DNA from: Eukaryota sp. GEM-RC1
Taxonomy: Eukaryota
Direction: 5' to 3'
Assembly (NCBI GenBank): GCA_040285855.1
Contig: JAUFOQ010000002.1
Span: 1,240,001-1,304,000, forward strand
DNA length: 64,000 nucleotides
Shown: in pieces, positions 1 to 11,149 of the stretch
How the letters are laid out: each line of letters starts with the position of its first letter
How positions within the stretch are numbered: the first letter of the stretch is position 1
Notes under the pieces: model-generated
Told to the model about the DNA's origin: nothing
The model's input: the letters and a program-made list of their open reading frames with translations, nothing else
Database searches by the model: none
Program-made: the position numbers and the translations under genes

Positions 1-1001
1 ATCGTGAATTGTTCGAGGATTGTCCGTACTCTGATCGTTCCATTGAATGAAAACATAGCCAGGATCAGGAATAGCGGTAACAATGAGAGAGTCTCCATGT
101 TCTACTTGTTGAGAACCTTCTAGATTCGTAAAACCTCCAACGGAACTTTCAATATCAACAGTGTATACGATAAGTGTGAATTCGGCAGTAATGACAAGAT
201 CAGCTTGTACATCGTGAATTGTTCGAGGATTGTCCGTAATCTGATCGTTCCATTGAATGAAAACATAGCCAGGATCAGGAATAGCGGTAACAATGAGAGA
301 GTCTCCATGTTCTACTTGTTGAGAACCTTCTGGATTCGTAAAACCTCCAACGGAACTTTCAATATCAACAGTGTATACGATAAGTGTGAATTCGGCAGTA
401 ATGACAAGAACAGCTTGTACATCGTGAATTGTTCGAGGATTGTCCGTATTCTGATCGTTCCATTGAATGAAAACATAGCCAGGATCAGGAATAGCGGTAA
501 CAATGAGAAAGTCTCCATGTTCTACTTGTTGAGAACCTTCTGGATCCGTAAAACCTCCAACGGAACTTTCAATATCAACAGTGTATACGATAAGTGTGAA
601 TTCGGCAGTAATGACCAGATCAGCTTGTACATCGTGAATTGTTCGAGGATTGTCCGTATTCTGATCGTTCCATTGAATGAAAACATAGCCAGGATCAGGA
701 ATAGCGGTAACAATGAGAGAGTCTCCATGTTCTACTTGTTGAGAACCTTCTGGATTCGTAAAACCTCCAACGGAACTTTCAATATCAACAGTGTATACGA
801 TAAGTGTGAATTCGACAGTAATGACAAGATCAGCTTGTACATCGTGAATTGTTCGAGGATTGTCCGTATTCTGATCGTTCCATTGAATGAAAACATAGCC
901 ATGATAAGGAATAGCGGTAACAATGAGAGAGTCTCCATGTTCTACTTGTTGAGAACCTTCTGGATTCGTAAAACCTCCAACGGAACTTTCAATATCAACA
1001 G
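1..1001 (-). repeat. 210-bp tandem coding repeat (about 4.8 copies visible) encoding YTVDIESSVGGFTNPEGSQQVEHGDSLIVTAIPDPGYVFIQWNDQNTDNPRTIHDVQADLVITAEFTLIV
   Basis: ATCGTGAATTGTTCGAGG recurs at 1, 211, 421, 631 and 841 with few SNPs. The GY.F..W..TDNPRT pattern resembles bacterial divergent InlB B-repeats. Confidence 0.92.
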
Positions 1002-2922
1002 AATAAGTTTTTAATTGAAAGAAAGCTTCAGCTGTGGTGTTTCCCTGTACATTTCTTATAACAAGAGGGTCTGAGGTCAATATGTCAGTACCATTAATCA
1101 GCCAATAAGACAGTTCATAACCAAACACGGGATTGACATGAATCTCATCGCTATCAGAATTGATTGCCACTAATTGAGGGGAATTTGTTTCAATACTACC
1201 ATGAGAAGTGTCGTTTACGCTCAAAAACAAATAGATTGCAGGGAAAACTTGCAAGTTATCAACATACAAACAATCACATCCGACAATAACATTTGAAAAT
1301 TTAAAATAAGCAATGTAGACAACACTTTCTGCATCTGGAACTTGAAGTTCCATTTTCCGCCAACCAACCCAACCAGTGATTGCAGCAATCACGTCATCAT
1401 TAAGAAAAAGACCTCCAAAATTCTCATTATGGTCACTTTCAAGTTTCCAATCAAATTTGACAACTGATGGCACATCAACAAACAGATTAAGATAGCAAAA
1501 TCGATCATCAGCAGTAATAAATCCAGATCGAGCGGAAAACACGCCAGTAACACGTGCAACAGAAGTTCCAAACCAATGTCCAACAGTTGATGAACTTAGA
1601 ACACAGTTACTAATCTGACAATCAAAATTGATTGATGATTGGATCTCGTTGCGATACCTAGCTACAATAGGGATTGTTCTCCCCAATGACCTCACTGCAT
1701 CTCCTTCTTCTTCATCCCCCACAGGCACTCCTTCGTAAGTCAACCGAGGGTTAGAGAAAACAGGAACTCCAGTACTAGTTTTACCATTGTCGAAGTAAGA
1801 ACCGTGAGAATAGCTCATGATTGAGTTATACCAATGACTGTCACTAGTTTTCCACCTCCACCCAGCACTGTAAGAAAAGATTCCAGGTCCTGGTTGGAAA
1901 TTCTGTTCAATAGAATGACCCAGACCTAGATTATGACCAAGTTCATGAGTGAAAACATCAGTACGAGTAGCATACTGTACTGAAGTGACAGAGAAAGAAA
2001 AGAAAGGAAAACCTTGCGTTGAAGTCAAAAGCCAAGCTACACCAGCAGAACTACTAGTGGTATCGTGAGTCCAAAGAGCAACTAGATCAGCAGAGTATTT
2101 GGACCGTATATCATGAACTTCTTCCATAAAGTAACCACCACTTTGAGCTTCCCAACCAAAGGGATCGTAAGCTCTGTGGAAAGTTACTCGTACAAGGTCA
2201 GTAATCATGTTTCCTGATTCAGAATAGGCAACTTCCTGATGGTGGACAAGGTTAACACTACCAGAAACACCGCTATCTTCTAGGGCATCCATGGTGTTAG
2301 AAACAGATATTGCGAGAATGTTGTTCAAGCCTCCATTGTTGTTGGCCCATATTCTAGCAGCAGGAGTGTAAACAATAAGAAGATCTATTGTACGTTCAGA
2401 GTTTTGAGAGAAGTGAGGTTCAAAAGAAAAAGAAGAAACGAAATCAGTATCTTTATTTGAATCAGGAGGTAAGAGAGTTTCACAAGAGCGTTTCTGTAGT
2501 GATGATTGATGCTTGGTAATTAGATAATAAGAAGAGTCAGGAACTGATTTTACAGTGAATGACTGGTCTAATTCAGGAATAGAACACGTTAAAAGAACAG
2601 AGCCGTTACAGTAGGACATTGTGAATGAAGAAAGTGGAAGGTTATCAATAAAACCACGGACGGTTGTTGTGCCAGGAATTGGACTGTCACATCGACGCAC
2701 AGTTGATGAATAGGATTCGGAGGGGAAGAAATTCATTGAGAGATGAGATGAGATCGCTGGAGGATGATGCAGGGTGTGTGCTGATAGAAGTGCGTAAGAG
2801 AACTTAACAAGAGATTCATCATGTTCTTGAAAATGAAGGGAGAACGGGGTGTTGTCAACGTGCTGTTCTACTAGATGCAATGCATGGCAGACCATGCACA
2901 GAAGAAGAAGGTACACAAACAT
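1..2922 (-). CDS. Secreted zinc metalloprotease (M12/reprolysin-like metzincin, bacterial type) with a beta-sandwich domain and C-terminal InlB B-like repeats; runs off the window
   Basis: Manual translation from ATG at 2922 (MFVYLLLLCMVCHALHL, signal-peptide-like) is open to position 1. Contains IDLLIVYTPAA, EVHDIRSKYSADLVAL, FTHELGHNLGLGH (HELGHNLGLGH at 1915-1947), Met-turn SIMSY and VPVFSNP, then SARSG..VKFDWKL..CDCLYVDNL and 70-aa repeats. Probably absent from the ORF track because it has no stop in the window. Confidence 0.9.
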   Translation of the reverse strand, partial: MFVYLLLLCMVCHALHLVEQHVDNTPFSLHFQEHDESLVKFSYALLSAHTLHHPPAISSHLSMNFFPSESYSSTVRRCDSPIPGTTTVRGFIDNLPLSSFTMSYCNGSVLLTCSIPELDQSFTVKSVPDSSYYLITKHQSSLQKRSCETLLPPDSNKDTDFVSSFSFEPHFSQNSERTIDLLIVYTPAARIWANNNGGLNNILAISVSNTMDALEDSGVSGSVNLVHHQEVAYSESGNMITDLVRVTFHRAYDPFGWEAQSGGYFMEEVHDIRSKYSADLVALWTHDTTSSSAGVAWLLTSTQGFPFFSFSVTSVQYATRTDVFTHELGHNLGLGHSIEQNFQPGPGIFSYSAGWRWKTSDSHWYNSIMSYSHGSYFDNGKTSTGVPVFSNPRLTYEGVPVGDEEEGDAVRSLGRTIPIVARYRNEIQSSINFDCQISNCVLSSSTVGHWFGTSVARVTGVFSARSGFITADDRFCYLNLFVDVPSVVKFDWKLESDHNENFGGLFLNDDVIAAITGWVGWRKMELQVPDAESVVYIAYFKFSNVIVGCDCLYVDNLQVFPAIYLFLSVNDTSHGSIETNSPQLVAINSDSDEIHVNPVFGYELSYWLINGTDILTSDPLVIRNVQGNTTAEAFFQLKTYSVDIESSVGGFTNPEGSQQVEHGDSLIVTAIPYHGYVFIQWNDQNTDNPRTIHDVQADLVITVEFTLIVYTVDIESSVGGFTNPEGSQQVEHGDSLIVTAIPDPGYVFIQWNDQNTDNPRTIHDVQADLVITAEFTLIVYTVDIESSVGGFTDPEGSQQVEHGDFLIVTAIPDPGYVFIQWNDQNTDNPRTIHDVQAVLVITAEFTLIVYTVDIESSVGGFTNPEGSQQVEHGDSLIVTAIPDPGYVFIQWNDQITDNPRTIHDVQADLVITAEFTLIVYTVDIESSVGGFTNLEGSQQVEHGDSLIVTAIPDPGYVFIQWNDQSTDNPRTIHD

Positions 2923-3038
2923 CCATGATTTGAAAACGAAGTTATATACAGGAGGACAAAAATCATGCTGTTTGTGAAACTGTCAACTACAATGTAGAAG
3001 TCCAATCTTTCTTCTAATGCCACTAAATCAGTGTCATA

Positions 3039-4390
3039 ATGTCCACTTCTCGAGAACTTATTTCCCTTCAAGTAGGACAATGTGGTAACCAAATAGGCTG
3101 GAAATTCTGGGATACTCTGATCCAAGAACATGATCTTCATTCATTCACTGGTCTAGCAGAAGCTTCTTCTACCTTCTTCTCCATCAAGGACTCAACAACT
3201 TCTTCCAAACTGCTCAAAGCAAGAGCAGTACTTGTGGACACGGAGGAACGTGTGTTGTCTGAAACCCACAAACGTGCAGCTTTCTGCCAGTCCTCTATCA
3301 AAACTTCCTTCGTCTCTGATTCTCTTTTGATCCTTCCCAGGTTGTTGTTGCTCAATCTGGAAGTGGTAACAATTGGGCAGATGGTTATTTCGAATACGGT
3401 CCCTCCAAGGGGGAAGAAACCATTGAAGCCCTCAGAAGACAAGCTGAAGATGCCAACTCCCTCCAGGGAATCCTCATGTTTCACTCAGTGGGAGGTGGTA
3501 CTGGTTCAGGACTTGGATCTTGGCTATTAGAACACATCCCTGATAACTTTGGTAAAATAGCCAAGCTTACCTTCTCTGTATTCCCTGGCCAAAGTGATGA
3601 CGTTATCACCTCTCCTTACAACACGATCTTCTCGTTGTCTTCCTTAGCAGAACATTCTGACATTTCAGTTGTTTTGGATAATGAAGCTCTAACTAAACTG
3701 GTAACCTCTGACAACTCTCCACAGAGTAGGACTGAAAAACCCTTTGACTCGATGAATCAGTACGTTGCTCGCTTTATTAGTGACTTCTTAGCTCCAATGA
3801 GGTATCCTGGATCTCTGAATGTAGATGTGGGAGAGTTGACAACTAACTTAGTACCTTTCCCCTCTTTGTCCTTCGCTGCTCCTGCTTTGGCTTCAATGTC
3901 GTCATCTAATAAAGGAATCACTACAGTGACTGAGCTGTTTAAGGCTGTAACAAAGAGAGACAAGCAGCTATGTAGTATAGATTTGAATAATCGTACGCTG
4001 TTGTCGTCAGCTCTCTTTGGTAGAGGTAAACCCATCTCTATCTACGACCTTAATGCTGGAGCTAAACGTTTGCAAGACTCTTTCCCTTTAGCTTATTGGT
4101 CAGATGAAATTGTTAAAATTGGATTAACTAGCATGCCACCCTCTAAAACTATTCCCGCATCTGCCGTAGCTCTGTTTAATAGCTGTGGTGTTACTGGTGT
4201 TTTAGATTCTTACATGAAGAAGTTCGACACTCTATTTAGTAGAAAAGCCTTTGCCTCTCACTATGAGAAATGGATGACGTTTACAGAAATGAAGGATAAG
4301 AGAGATGCAGTGTGTGATGTTGGAGCTTTTTACAACCAAATTGAACAGACACCTCCTCCTACAAACTACAGAATAATACCGATAGTATAG
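3039..4390 (+). CDS. TUBE1: Epsilon-tubulin (one frameshift near 3325)
   Basis: RELISLQVGQCGNQIG, KARAVLVDTEE, SGSGNNWADG, HSVGGGTGSGLG, DDVITSPYN. Adding one T in CTCTTTTGA joins the two ORFs as SLFDPSQVVVAQSGSGNN. Confidence 0.9.
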
Positions 4391-4399
4391 TACAAGTCT

Positions 4400-5092
4400 T
4401 TATTCATTAAGCATTTCAACTAAGAACATTGTTGATCTAAGGTTGAGGGCCGTTCTCCATTTGAGAAGATATTGAGCCTGAAGAGAATGTTGTTTAGAGC
4501 TTCTAATTGGTGAAATGTGTTTTCTCCAGAGAAAGTATAAATGCCATCTATTGAATCGTCGTTTAAGTTTGTTTTGTTGAAAGTTCTTGAGGAGAAGAGT
4601 TGAATGCCATGAAGTGAATTTGGTTGAGATTAAATATCGATATTGGCGAAATTGTAACTTTTGGACAACCCTTCTTGAAACACTAAGAAACACTAAATGT
4701 TCATACCAATCAGCAAGGGCTGACATTTGTAGTCGCTTGTTTCTTTGGAGGAGTTTATGAGCAGCCATCCATGAATGTAAATGGAAGTTCATGCGAAGGT
4801 ACGTACATTGTTGATGAGATTGTTTCCAACAACGATAGAATCGAAGTTGGAGCTTTGAATGATAAAGCGTGGTTGCGGATAGGGTAGTAGATAACTGGTC
4901 CCTCCAAACAGTCATATTGTACTGAAGAAGGATGTGGTTGTGAGATCGAAGTAAAGTGGTGTGAGTATTGTTGAGCTGAAGAGAATGAGTCAAAGCAAAA
5001 CCATGCCATCTAATGAAGACGGATTTGGCGAAAACAGCAGATCTCCAGAGAGAAAAACCAGATCGAACGATCGTATAGTATCGTTTTTCCAA
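4400..5092 (-). CDS. Sfi1-like Trp-repeat protein (possible centrin-binding); the 5' part up to about 5648 is disrupted
   Basis: Periodic F/Y-x-x-W motifs in a basic helical protein (GFSLWR, VFIRWH, FYRCWK, KFTSWH, RFNRWH, YLLKWR). Confidence 0.5.
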   Translation of the reverse strand: MEKRYYTIVRSGFSLWRSAVFAKSVFIRWHGFALTHSLQLNNTHTTLLRSHNHILLQYNMTVWRDQLSTTLSATTLYHSKLQLRFYRCWKQSHQQCTYLRMNFHLHSWMAAHKLLQRNKRLQMSALADWYEHLVFLSVSRRVVQKLQFRQYRYLISTKFTSWHSTLLLKNFQQNKLKRRFNRWHLYFLWRKHISPIRSSKQHSLQAQYLLKWRTALNLRSTMFLVEMLNE

Positions 5093-5751
5093 AAGAGGAT
5101 AGCTTTAATGACATTACTGTTCATAGATAGGCTTTACTAGAGATAATGTGACTCAGTAAGGAACACCGAGTATGATGTTACGTTCTGTACATTAAGGAGA
5201 AATGATTAAGTAAAAACTTCCTCTGTTGTAAAACTGACAGACTTTGAGAGGTCAAATGTCGACTCACAAGCATACCAGTTTGATGTGAACGTTAATGTCG
5301 AAAGGTGTAATAATTTATCAGATAAAAGTGAAGTCGTTTGGATTTATTCTTAGTGCGTAATATGTATGTGACAATGTTACCATTTGGGCACTGAATAAAG
5401 TGGTATAAAATGAGGAGTGTATCACTTTCTTGAACGACGATTGTGCAGAAGTCATTAATTCGTTTCATCGACGTTTTAAATTAAATACTATTTCTGGTAA
5501 CGAAGAACCCATCTTTAAGTGATGATTTCGTCATCTTGGAGGTTCCGCTTTACCTGCGATAATTACAGATTTGTACGTTGTAAAATTATACATGACAGTA
5601 CAGACAGCCGCTGCTTTCATTTTTGATGGATGCTGAGACAGTATCCATTTTTAGTTCAAAAATCCAATTTTCCGCCAACCCTGAGTAGTGACAAACTGTC
5701 ATCTAGTTCAACTCAACATACCCTCATTAGACACTTATATACTAATACTTG

Positions 5752-6439
5752 ATGGGGTTCTTCACCTCTTTTTCGTTAGTTGATCGCTCCATTAGAATAC
5801 TTGAATCAAAACTAGCTGATAATCCCTACTATCCTTTCACTCGGGTTGGTGACAACAGTATGTCCTTTTTCCACTTCTGTTTACCTTTGAATTTGTTCTC
5901 CACTTCATCTATCGGCGGTTATATCTTTTTCTATTGATAACTGTGTTCAGTGCATATTATATCGTCAGTAATGTTTCATCACTCGACGCTGATGTTTCAC
6001 ATGTATGCTACTCTTCCATCTGATCTTAGGCATACTTCCTTTATTCCATAGTAGCCTTCATATCTTCTCTCATTGTTATTTGGAGTTTCAAAGATCCTCG
6101 AGTTTATATCATTGATCGGAAAAAACATCTTTGCTTTTTCAGAATGAAAAGAGCTGAACTTCAGACTGTTCCTCTTCATAATATCTATATTCGACTTTGC
6201 AAAAAGATGGTACATCTGGTTCTCAGTATTACCTTGTTTTTAACGGCAAAGACGTCGAAGGCCGGATCATTTCTGGAACAACTCGCAATCGGAAGGCTCT
6301 TAGAAGTTGTGGTCAGTCTCTAGCCTCCAATCTTGGTATAAATTATTTCGATGATCGAAATGTGTCGACGTACCATGTTGTTCGTCACGTTCGGTCTTCG
6401 TTAGCTGGTGAGCTGACTGGAGATACTCATCTTGTTTAG
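5752..6439 (+). CDS. TMEM249: TMEM249-like (CatSper auxiliary subunit family) two-TM protein with 2 tiny introns and a frameshift near 6203
   Basis: Reconstruction: KLADNPYYPF..K/FVLHFIYRRLYLFLLITVF..DVSH/AYFLYSIVAF..PLHNIYIRL..YYLVFNG..GQSLASNLGINYFD..STYHVVRH. These motifs match TMEM249 as recalled. Confidence 0.65.
5858..5889 (+). other. Putative 32-nt intron, GTATGT...TTTACCTTTG (non-canonical TG end)
   Basis: Removal joins AAC-A to AA-TTT and restores the frame; A at -7 as in the other introns. Confidence 0.6.
6003..6029 (+). other. 27-nt spliceosomal intron GTATGC...CTGATCTTAG
   Basis: Contains in-frame TGA and TAG; removal gives continuous DVSH/AYFLYSIV. Confidence 0.85.
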
Positions 6440-6535
6440 TTTTGCTTTAGTTTTCTTTTTTTGTGTACTTTATTTAATTGTCCTTTGGAATCCACGAGGA
6501 ATTTTTTTTGTGAAAATGTTTTTCTACCTGACATA

Positions 6536-7123
6536 ATGTCGGAAAATGTCCAAGACTTTGTTGTAGCAAAGGACCTGCTCGATACTGTTAATCTTTCTGC
6601 GACCAACTATACCAATACAGTCGTTGTTGAAAATAGTTCTGGTGTTTTTGAAACCATTCCTCGCTCATCAGGATCCAACAAAAACACATCCACCCTACAT
6701 CCCAAATCATCCTCTCTGGAGCAGTGGCTCCGTGTTACACGCTCATTGTATCTTCTCTCTTCTGGAGTATATCTTGGACTTGTTTTCAGCTTCCTTGTTA
6801 TCATTTATGCTTATTCAGCAAGCTCGAGCTTTCTTGTACCAATGACAACCCTGCGGATCTATTCATCCGGAGCTACTCTTCTGTGTGTCATCTTTATTTC
6901 ATGTTTAATTTTTGCTGTGTCGAATCATGGTCTTTTATTCAGACTTTCCCTCATGTTCGCTATTCTTTCTCTTGTACTATTTAATTTTTCTGTTCTGCAA
7001 TTCTCATCCTCGGTAGAATCCCAGATAAGTCTTCATTTTTCTCAGTTTTATTTCACAATTGGTTCAACTGCATTTGCATTGTTTTCGTTGTTCTGCTTGT
7101 TTTTCTTCGCTATTAAAGATTGA
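6536..7123 (+). CDS. Four-TM membrane protein (weak resemblance to ciliary TMEM237)
   Basis: Hydrophilic N-terminus followed by four hydrophobic segments; family assignment is weak. Confidence 0.6.
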   Translation: MSENVQDFVVAKDLLDTVNLSATNYTNTVVVENSSGVFETIPRSSGSNKNTSTLHPKSSSLEQWLRVTRSLYLLSSGVYLGLVFSFLVIIYAYSASSSFLVPMTTLRIYSSGATLLCVIFISCLIFAVSNHGLLFRLSLMFAILSLVLFNFSVLQFSSSVESQISLHFSQFYFTIGSTAFALFSLFCLFFFAIKD

Positions 7124-7202
7124 CCTTCCCTTTTATCTGATTGATTGATACCTCAAACAACTCTTTGGTCGATATTAGACGGTAATAACTTATGTACTGT
7201 AT

Positions 7203-7709
7203 TTAACACACAACTCTCATACACGAGATCCACTTACCAATAAACGACATTCCTCTAGGTGAAATCTCACAGTCTTGCATAACTATCTTCTGCAAAGTTC
7301 GATTCAGTTCAAGAGTTCTCTGCAATTCCTGACAGATCGAATCACCCAAGCGATTTGACGAAAGATCAAGCATCACTAACGACTTATGGGTGGATAAAGC
7401 CTCACAGAAAGGACGAACAAGAGCCTCTGAAAGATTACAGTTTCTTACCTCCAGTTCTTGAAGGTTGGGTAAAAGAGATAAGAGCTTTGGTAGTTGTGAT
7501 GATACTGAGCTATTGAACTCATTATCATTAAGCTTGAGGACTTTCAGACTACTTAAAGATTCAGCAACATCAATGAGAGGTTGGATGTTAGTGAAACAAT
7601 TGTCAGAAAGATTCAGGGATTTGATAGTGGATTGTTTTGCAAGGTCTATGCAGATACGTTGCAAGTCAGAGTCTTCTAGATATTCTTCAGTGAAGGAAAC
7701 GTTACTCAT
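7203..7709 (-). CDS. RNI-like leucine-rich repeat protein
   Basis: IKSLNLSDNCF, LKVLKLNDNEF, LQELEVRNCNL, LVMLDLSSNRLGD. Confidence 0.88.
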   Translation of the reverse strand: MSNVSFTEEYLEDSDLQRICIDLAKQSTIKSLNLSDNCFTNIQPLIDVAESLSSLKVLKLNDNEFNSSVSSQLPKLLSLLPNLQELEVRNCNLSEALVRPFCEALSTHKSLVMLDLSSNRLGDSICQELQRTLELNRTLQKIVMQDCEISPRGMSFIGKWISCMRVVC

Positions 7710-8213
7710 AAACAGTTAACTTAAATGGGGAGTTTTGAGAGGATGGTGAATTAGCAAGATGCATCGTCATGTTGAGTCATAAATTGATTCAATCAAGCAC
7801 TTAACCACGTACAACTGTCGAACAATCTACTGCAGATGTCCAGTAAACTACTACCAAGCCACGCTCCACCTCGGAGATCAGCCATTTGGAAAGTGGAAAA
7901 TTATCAATACAACTTCAATAAAGCAACGATTACTTAGAGCACACCAAAAATAGATGTCTAATAAACAAAGACGATGAATCCCTAAGAACCAGAAATTCCT
8001 GCTCAACAGCAGAGTGTGAATTATTGTTTGATCAAAATATATTAGACATGATCACAGTTCACAAGTTCAGAGTAAATGATGTATTCCTTTGCCAGTATTG
8101 ACGGTATTCAATAGATGTAATTGTTCTTATGAGACGTTTTGTTCTTAAACTAATAACATACTTTTTTCTTCTACATTGTAGTTTGTTCTTTTACACCTCC
8201 ACATCCTTCACAA

Positions 8214-10966
8214 ATGAGTTCTAGACGCATTTCAGAGCTTCAAACGAGCATCTTGGAAGCTGAACAACGTATCAAATCGATGAGGGCAAACCTTCCATCA
8301 CTTAATTCTTCTACAAGCTCAAATACTGTTCAACATGGACTAGAACTACCTGCTTTTTCTCGTTTATCTGCAGTTTCTCAGCCTAGCCAACCTTTTGCAT
8401 TTCCCAAATTCTCATCATCTAAACCACCGTCATCTCAATCTAACTCTGTCCCCAGTATTGAAGTCAAATTAGCTCCTGATTCTCCTTCCTCTGACATTTC
8501 TTACTTTTCCAGTCCTCCCCAGTCTAGACCTCCGTCTCCTGAGCTGAAAGAACCCATACCCATAACTCAATCACCACAGGAACTGGAAGGATATACGTCA
8601 TCATCCCAGTCACCTGATTTTGACCTGTTACCAGTATCTACATTAAAGCAGGCCTTTTTAATGGCCGTCGACAAAATTTCCCATTTGAATCAAGAAGTTG
8701 AAAAGAAAAATAAAGTAATACAACAATTAGAAATTCGAAACAAGGCACTTTTGCAACTAAGTAGCTCAAAGTCGAGCCAAACAACAGAGTTAGCAAAGAT
8801 TCTTGGGGATAAGTGTAGTAATGTTGACTTTACTGATCTCTGTTCCAATCAATTTGGGAAAGTTTCCCGTAATTTTGGATTGTTGTATACAGAATTCAAC
8901 AATATTTTAAATTCATTCATTGATTTTGAGTCTAATGCTGTTGCTTATTCTGGTCATCTTTTCCATGCTCTTGATACTCTCTCCGTGGAACACAAGAAAG
9001 TATTTGACAGTCTAATTAAGGCTGAGGAAAGTTTAGATAGGGTCACAATTGAAGCTCAAAAGGAAACGTCATCGCTTTCGTCTTCGCTTTCGTTGTTGTG
9101 TAACTCTTATGAGTCAAATACTACCACAATTGAATCATCTAATCAAAAGGAAACTTCTACGCCCATGGCTGTCAATCAATCAAAAAAGATTGTCAGTCAG
9201 TCAAAGCCGAGTCCTATTGTTAAAGATACTAGTGTCATTTCATTGCAAATTGCTCAATTTCGACAATCTGTTTCAACTATTAACTTGAACGATTTTTCTG
9301 ATTTCCTCAAATCTTTCCCTTCTAAAGTAGAAGATAGTGATTTAAACGATAGCGTAGTTTTGAACTTGTGTGAGCTATTACACGAAATAATCAAATGCCC
9401 TTCAATTCAATCATCTGATCTCTTTTCATTGATTTTTGACCTCATCAAAGCCCTCTTTCCTAAATCAACACCTCCTACCGCTCAAGCTCTCATTTCTGTA
9501 CTCCCCCAGCTTCTTTCAACTCCTTCACCAGAGTCACTTACTGAATCTATTCTTTCTTGGCTTCGAAGTATTGACTTTGGAGGGCAAAAGATGATTTAAT
9601 GTCGGAGTCGCCTTCACTGTTTTCAGCTATTCATTACTGTTTTGTTAACAAAATCTCTGTTGGTGATTGTGCTAAGTTAGTACGGTCAGTATCGACGAAT
9701 TCCAAGTGTATATCAAAATTGATTGAAGAAGACGTTGTTTCTGCAATGATTGATTGCATGGTTTCCGACCCCCATAATCAGGTCAATCTTCTACTTACAA
9801 GGACTCTAGCCACACTGTGTGTTGATGCTGGAGTTCGTGTTTACATTCGAGATTCACAGAAATTATCAAAATTATTAAATCTTTTGAGTATGTTTGTTAG
9901 TTCGACTGATCTTTCAAAAGATGCCGAAATTTTAAAATCATTACTGTGCTGCTTAATTAATCTTTCAGTGAATGGAAAAATAAAGTTGCAATTGCGAGCC
10001 TTGGGGGTCTGGATCTTTTAATTGAAACTTTAGATAAAATTTCAAAAAAATCCAATTCTTATGATGATGAACTGATAGAATACCTATGTAGAGCTCTGGC
10101 CAACCTTTGTATTCAGCAAGAAAACAGTCAGTACTTAGCCAACTTTCCAAATATTATTGAATTTTTAATTTCTTTTTCTCTTTTGAGTCCTCACCTTCAG
10201 CAGTTGTCTCTACGCTGAAGTTGTTGTCCGTGATTGGTAATCATGTCAAAACTGCCATGTTGATATTAGGTAATCAGCAGACAAGGTCGTTAATTATTGG
10301 AATTTCCCAAATTAATTCAAATACTTTATATCTCTTGGATTTATTCTATGCTCTTCTATCGAGTTGCCCACTAGAATTCCTTCAATTATTTCAATTTTTC
10401 GGTGGTCTGCAGACTCTGTTTTCCATGTCTAAAACTTTCTCTGCCTTACTAACAGACGATTCCTTTTCCCATGCCATTAGGAAAACTACCAGACAAACCA
10501 TGTCTCTAATTGGATTCTGTGGGAAACTTCTGTCTGTTTTAAATGATCTTAGTACGAGCCATTCAAAATTTATCAACATTTTCATTCAACAAATGTTTGC
10601 TTTGGACTTTTGCCAAATATTTTATCATTATTTCAATTTTTGATCAAGCAACCCACAGCATCTGAATCTTTTGTTGCTTTGTTATCGGATTTTGTTAAAT
10701 TAACCAACTCTAGTCACTTTCAATCACTTGATGAATCTCTTTCTACTTCTTGTTGGTCAATCATTGTTATGATATGGCAGTCTTTGATTGAGTGTAATCG
10801 TGATGAATTATTAATCCAGTTTGTTGTAAACATATTCCTTCCATTTACTTCGAATTTAGAAAGTGGTGTTATTAAACAAATAACAATCAATCAAAATTTA
10901 TTGAAGAGATCAATAGCTGTCAGTGGGAGTAAGTGTCAATCATTACTGCGCTACGTTAATGAATAA
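8214..10966 (+). CDS. Hypothetical protein: Ser/Pro-rich and coiled-coil N-half, ARM-like C-half; probably one gene broken by 4 homopolymer indels
   Basis: The ORFs join by adding single bases at CAAAAG (~9588), TTGGGGG (~10005), a T-run (~10175) and ACTTTTG (~10610). ARM-like LCCLINLS and LCRALANLC. Confidence 0.6.
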
Positions 10967-11149
10967 TTCAAATGAATTCAAAATTTTACTGTTCACAATT
11001 GAAAAATATGAACAGTTGTATAACATTTCCATATTTAAATATTTAAATGATTGGAACGTTTAAATATAGTTCGAATACTTTCGGCAAATCTGTACAATAA
11101 AGCAAGTTGAACCACAATAAAAAGCAAAAAAATATAAATTACAATAATC

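Noticed and set aside
1..1001. CRISPR-like array (also considered for 58676-63360)
   Set aside because: Units are contiguous, long, multiples of 3 and coding, with no unique spacers
205..1014. 269-aa plus-strand repeat ORF and 62-68 aa minus-strand ORFs in the track
   Set aside because: Shadows of the 210-bp repeat; the real frame is the uninterrupted minus-strand protease frame
3312..3340. 29-nt GT..CAG intron explaining the tubulin frameshift
   Set aside because: Donor GTCTCT and no A at -7 both break the intron pattern; excision would delete the conserved-looking LFDPSQ that a single added T restores
9597..9601. TAATG stop/start overlap suggesting translational coupling
   Set aside because: One extra A in CAAAAG fuses the ORFs (GQKDDLMSE), like the other homopolymer errors
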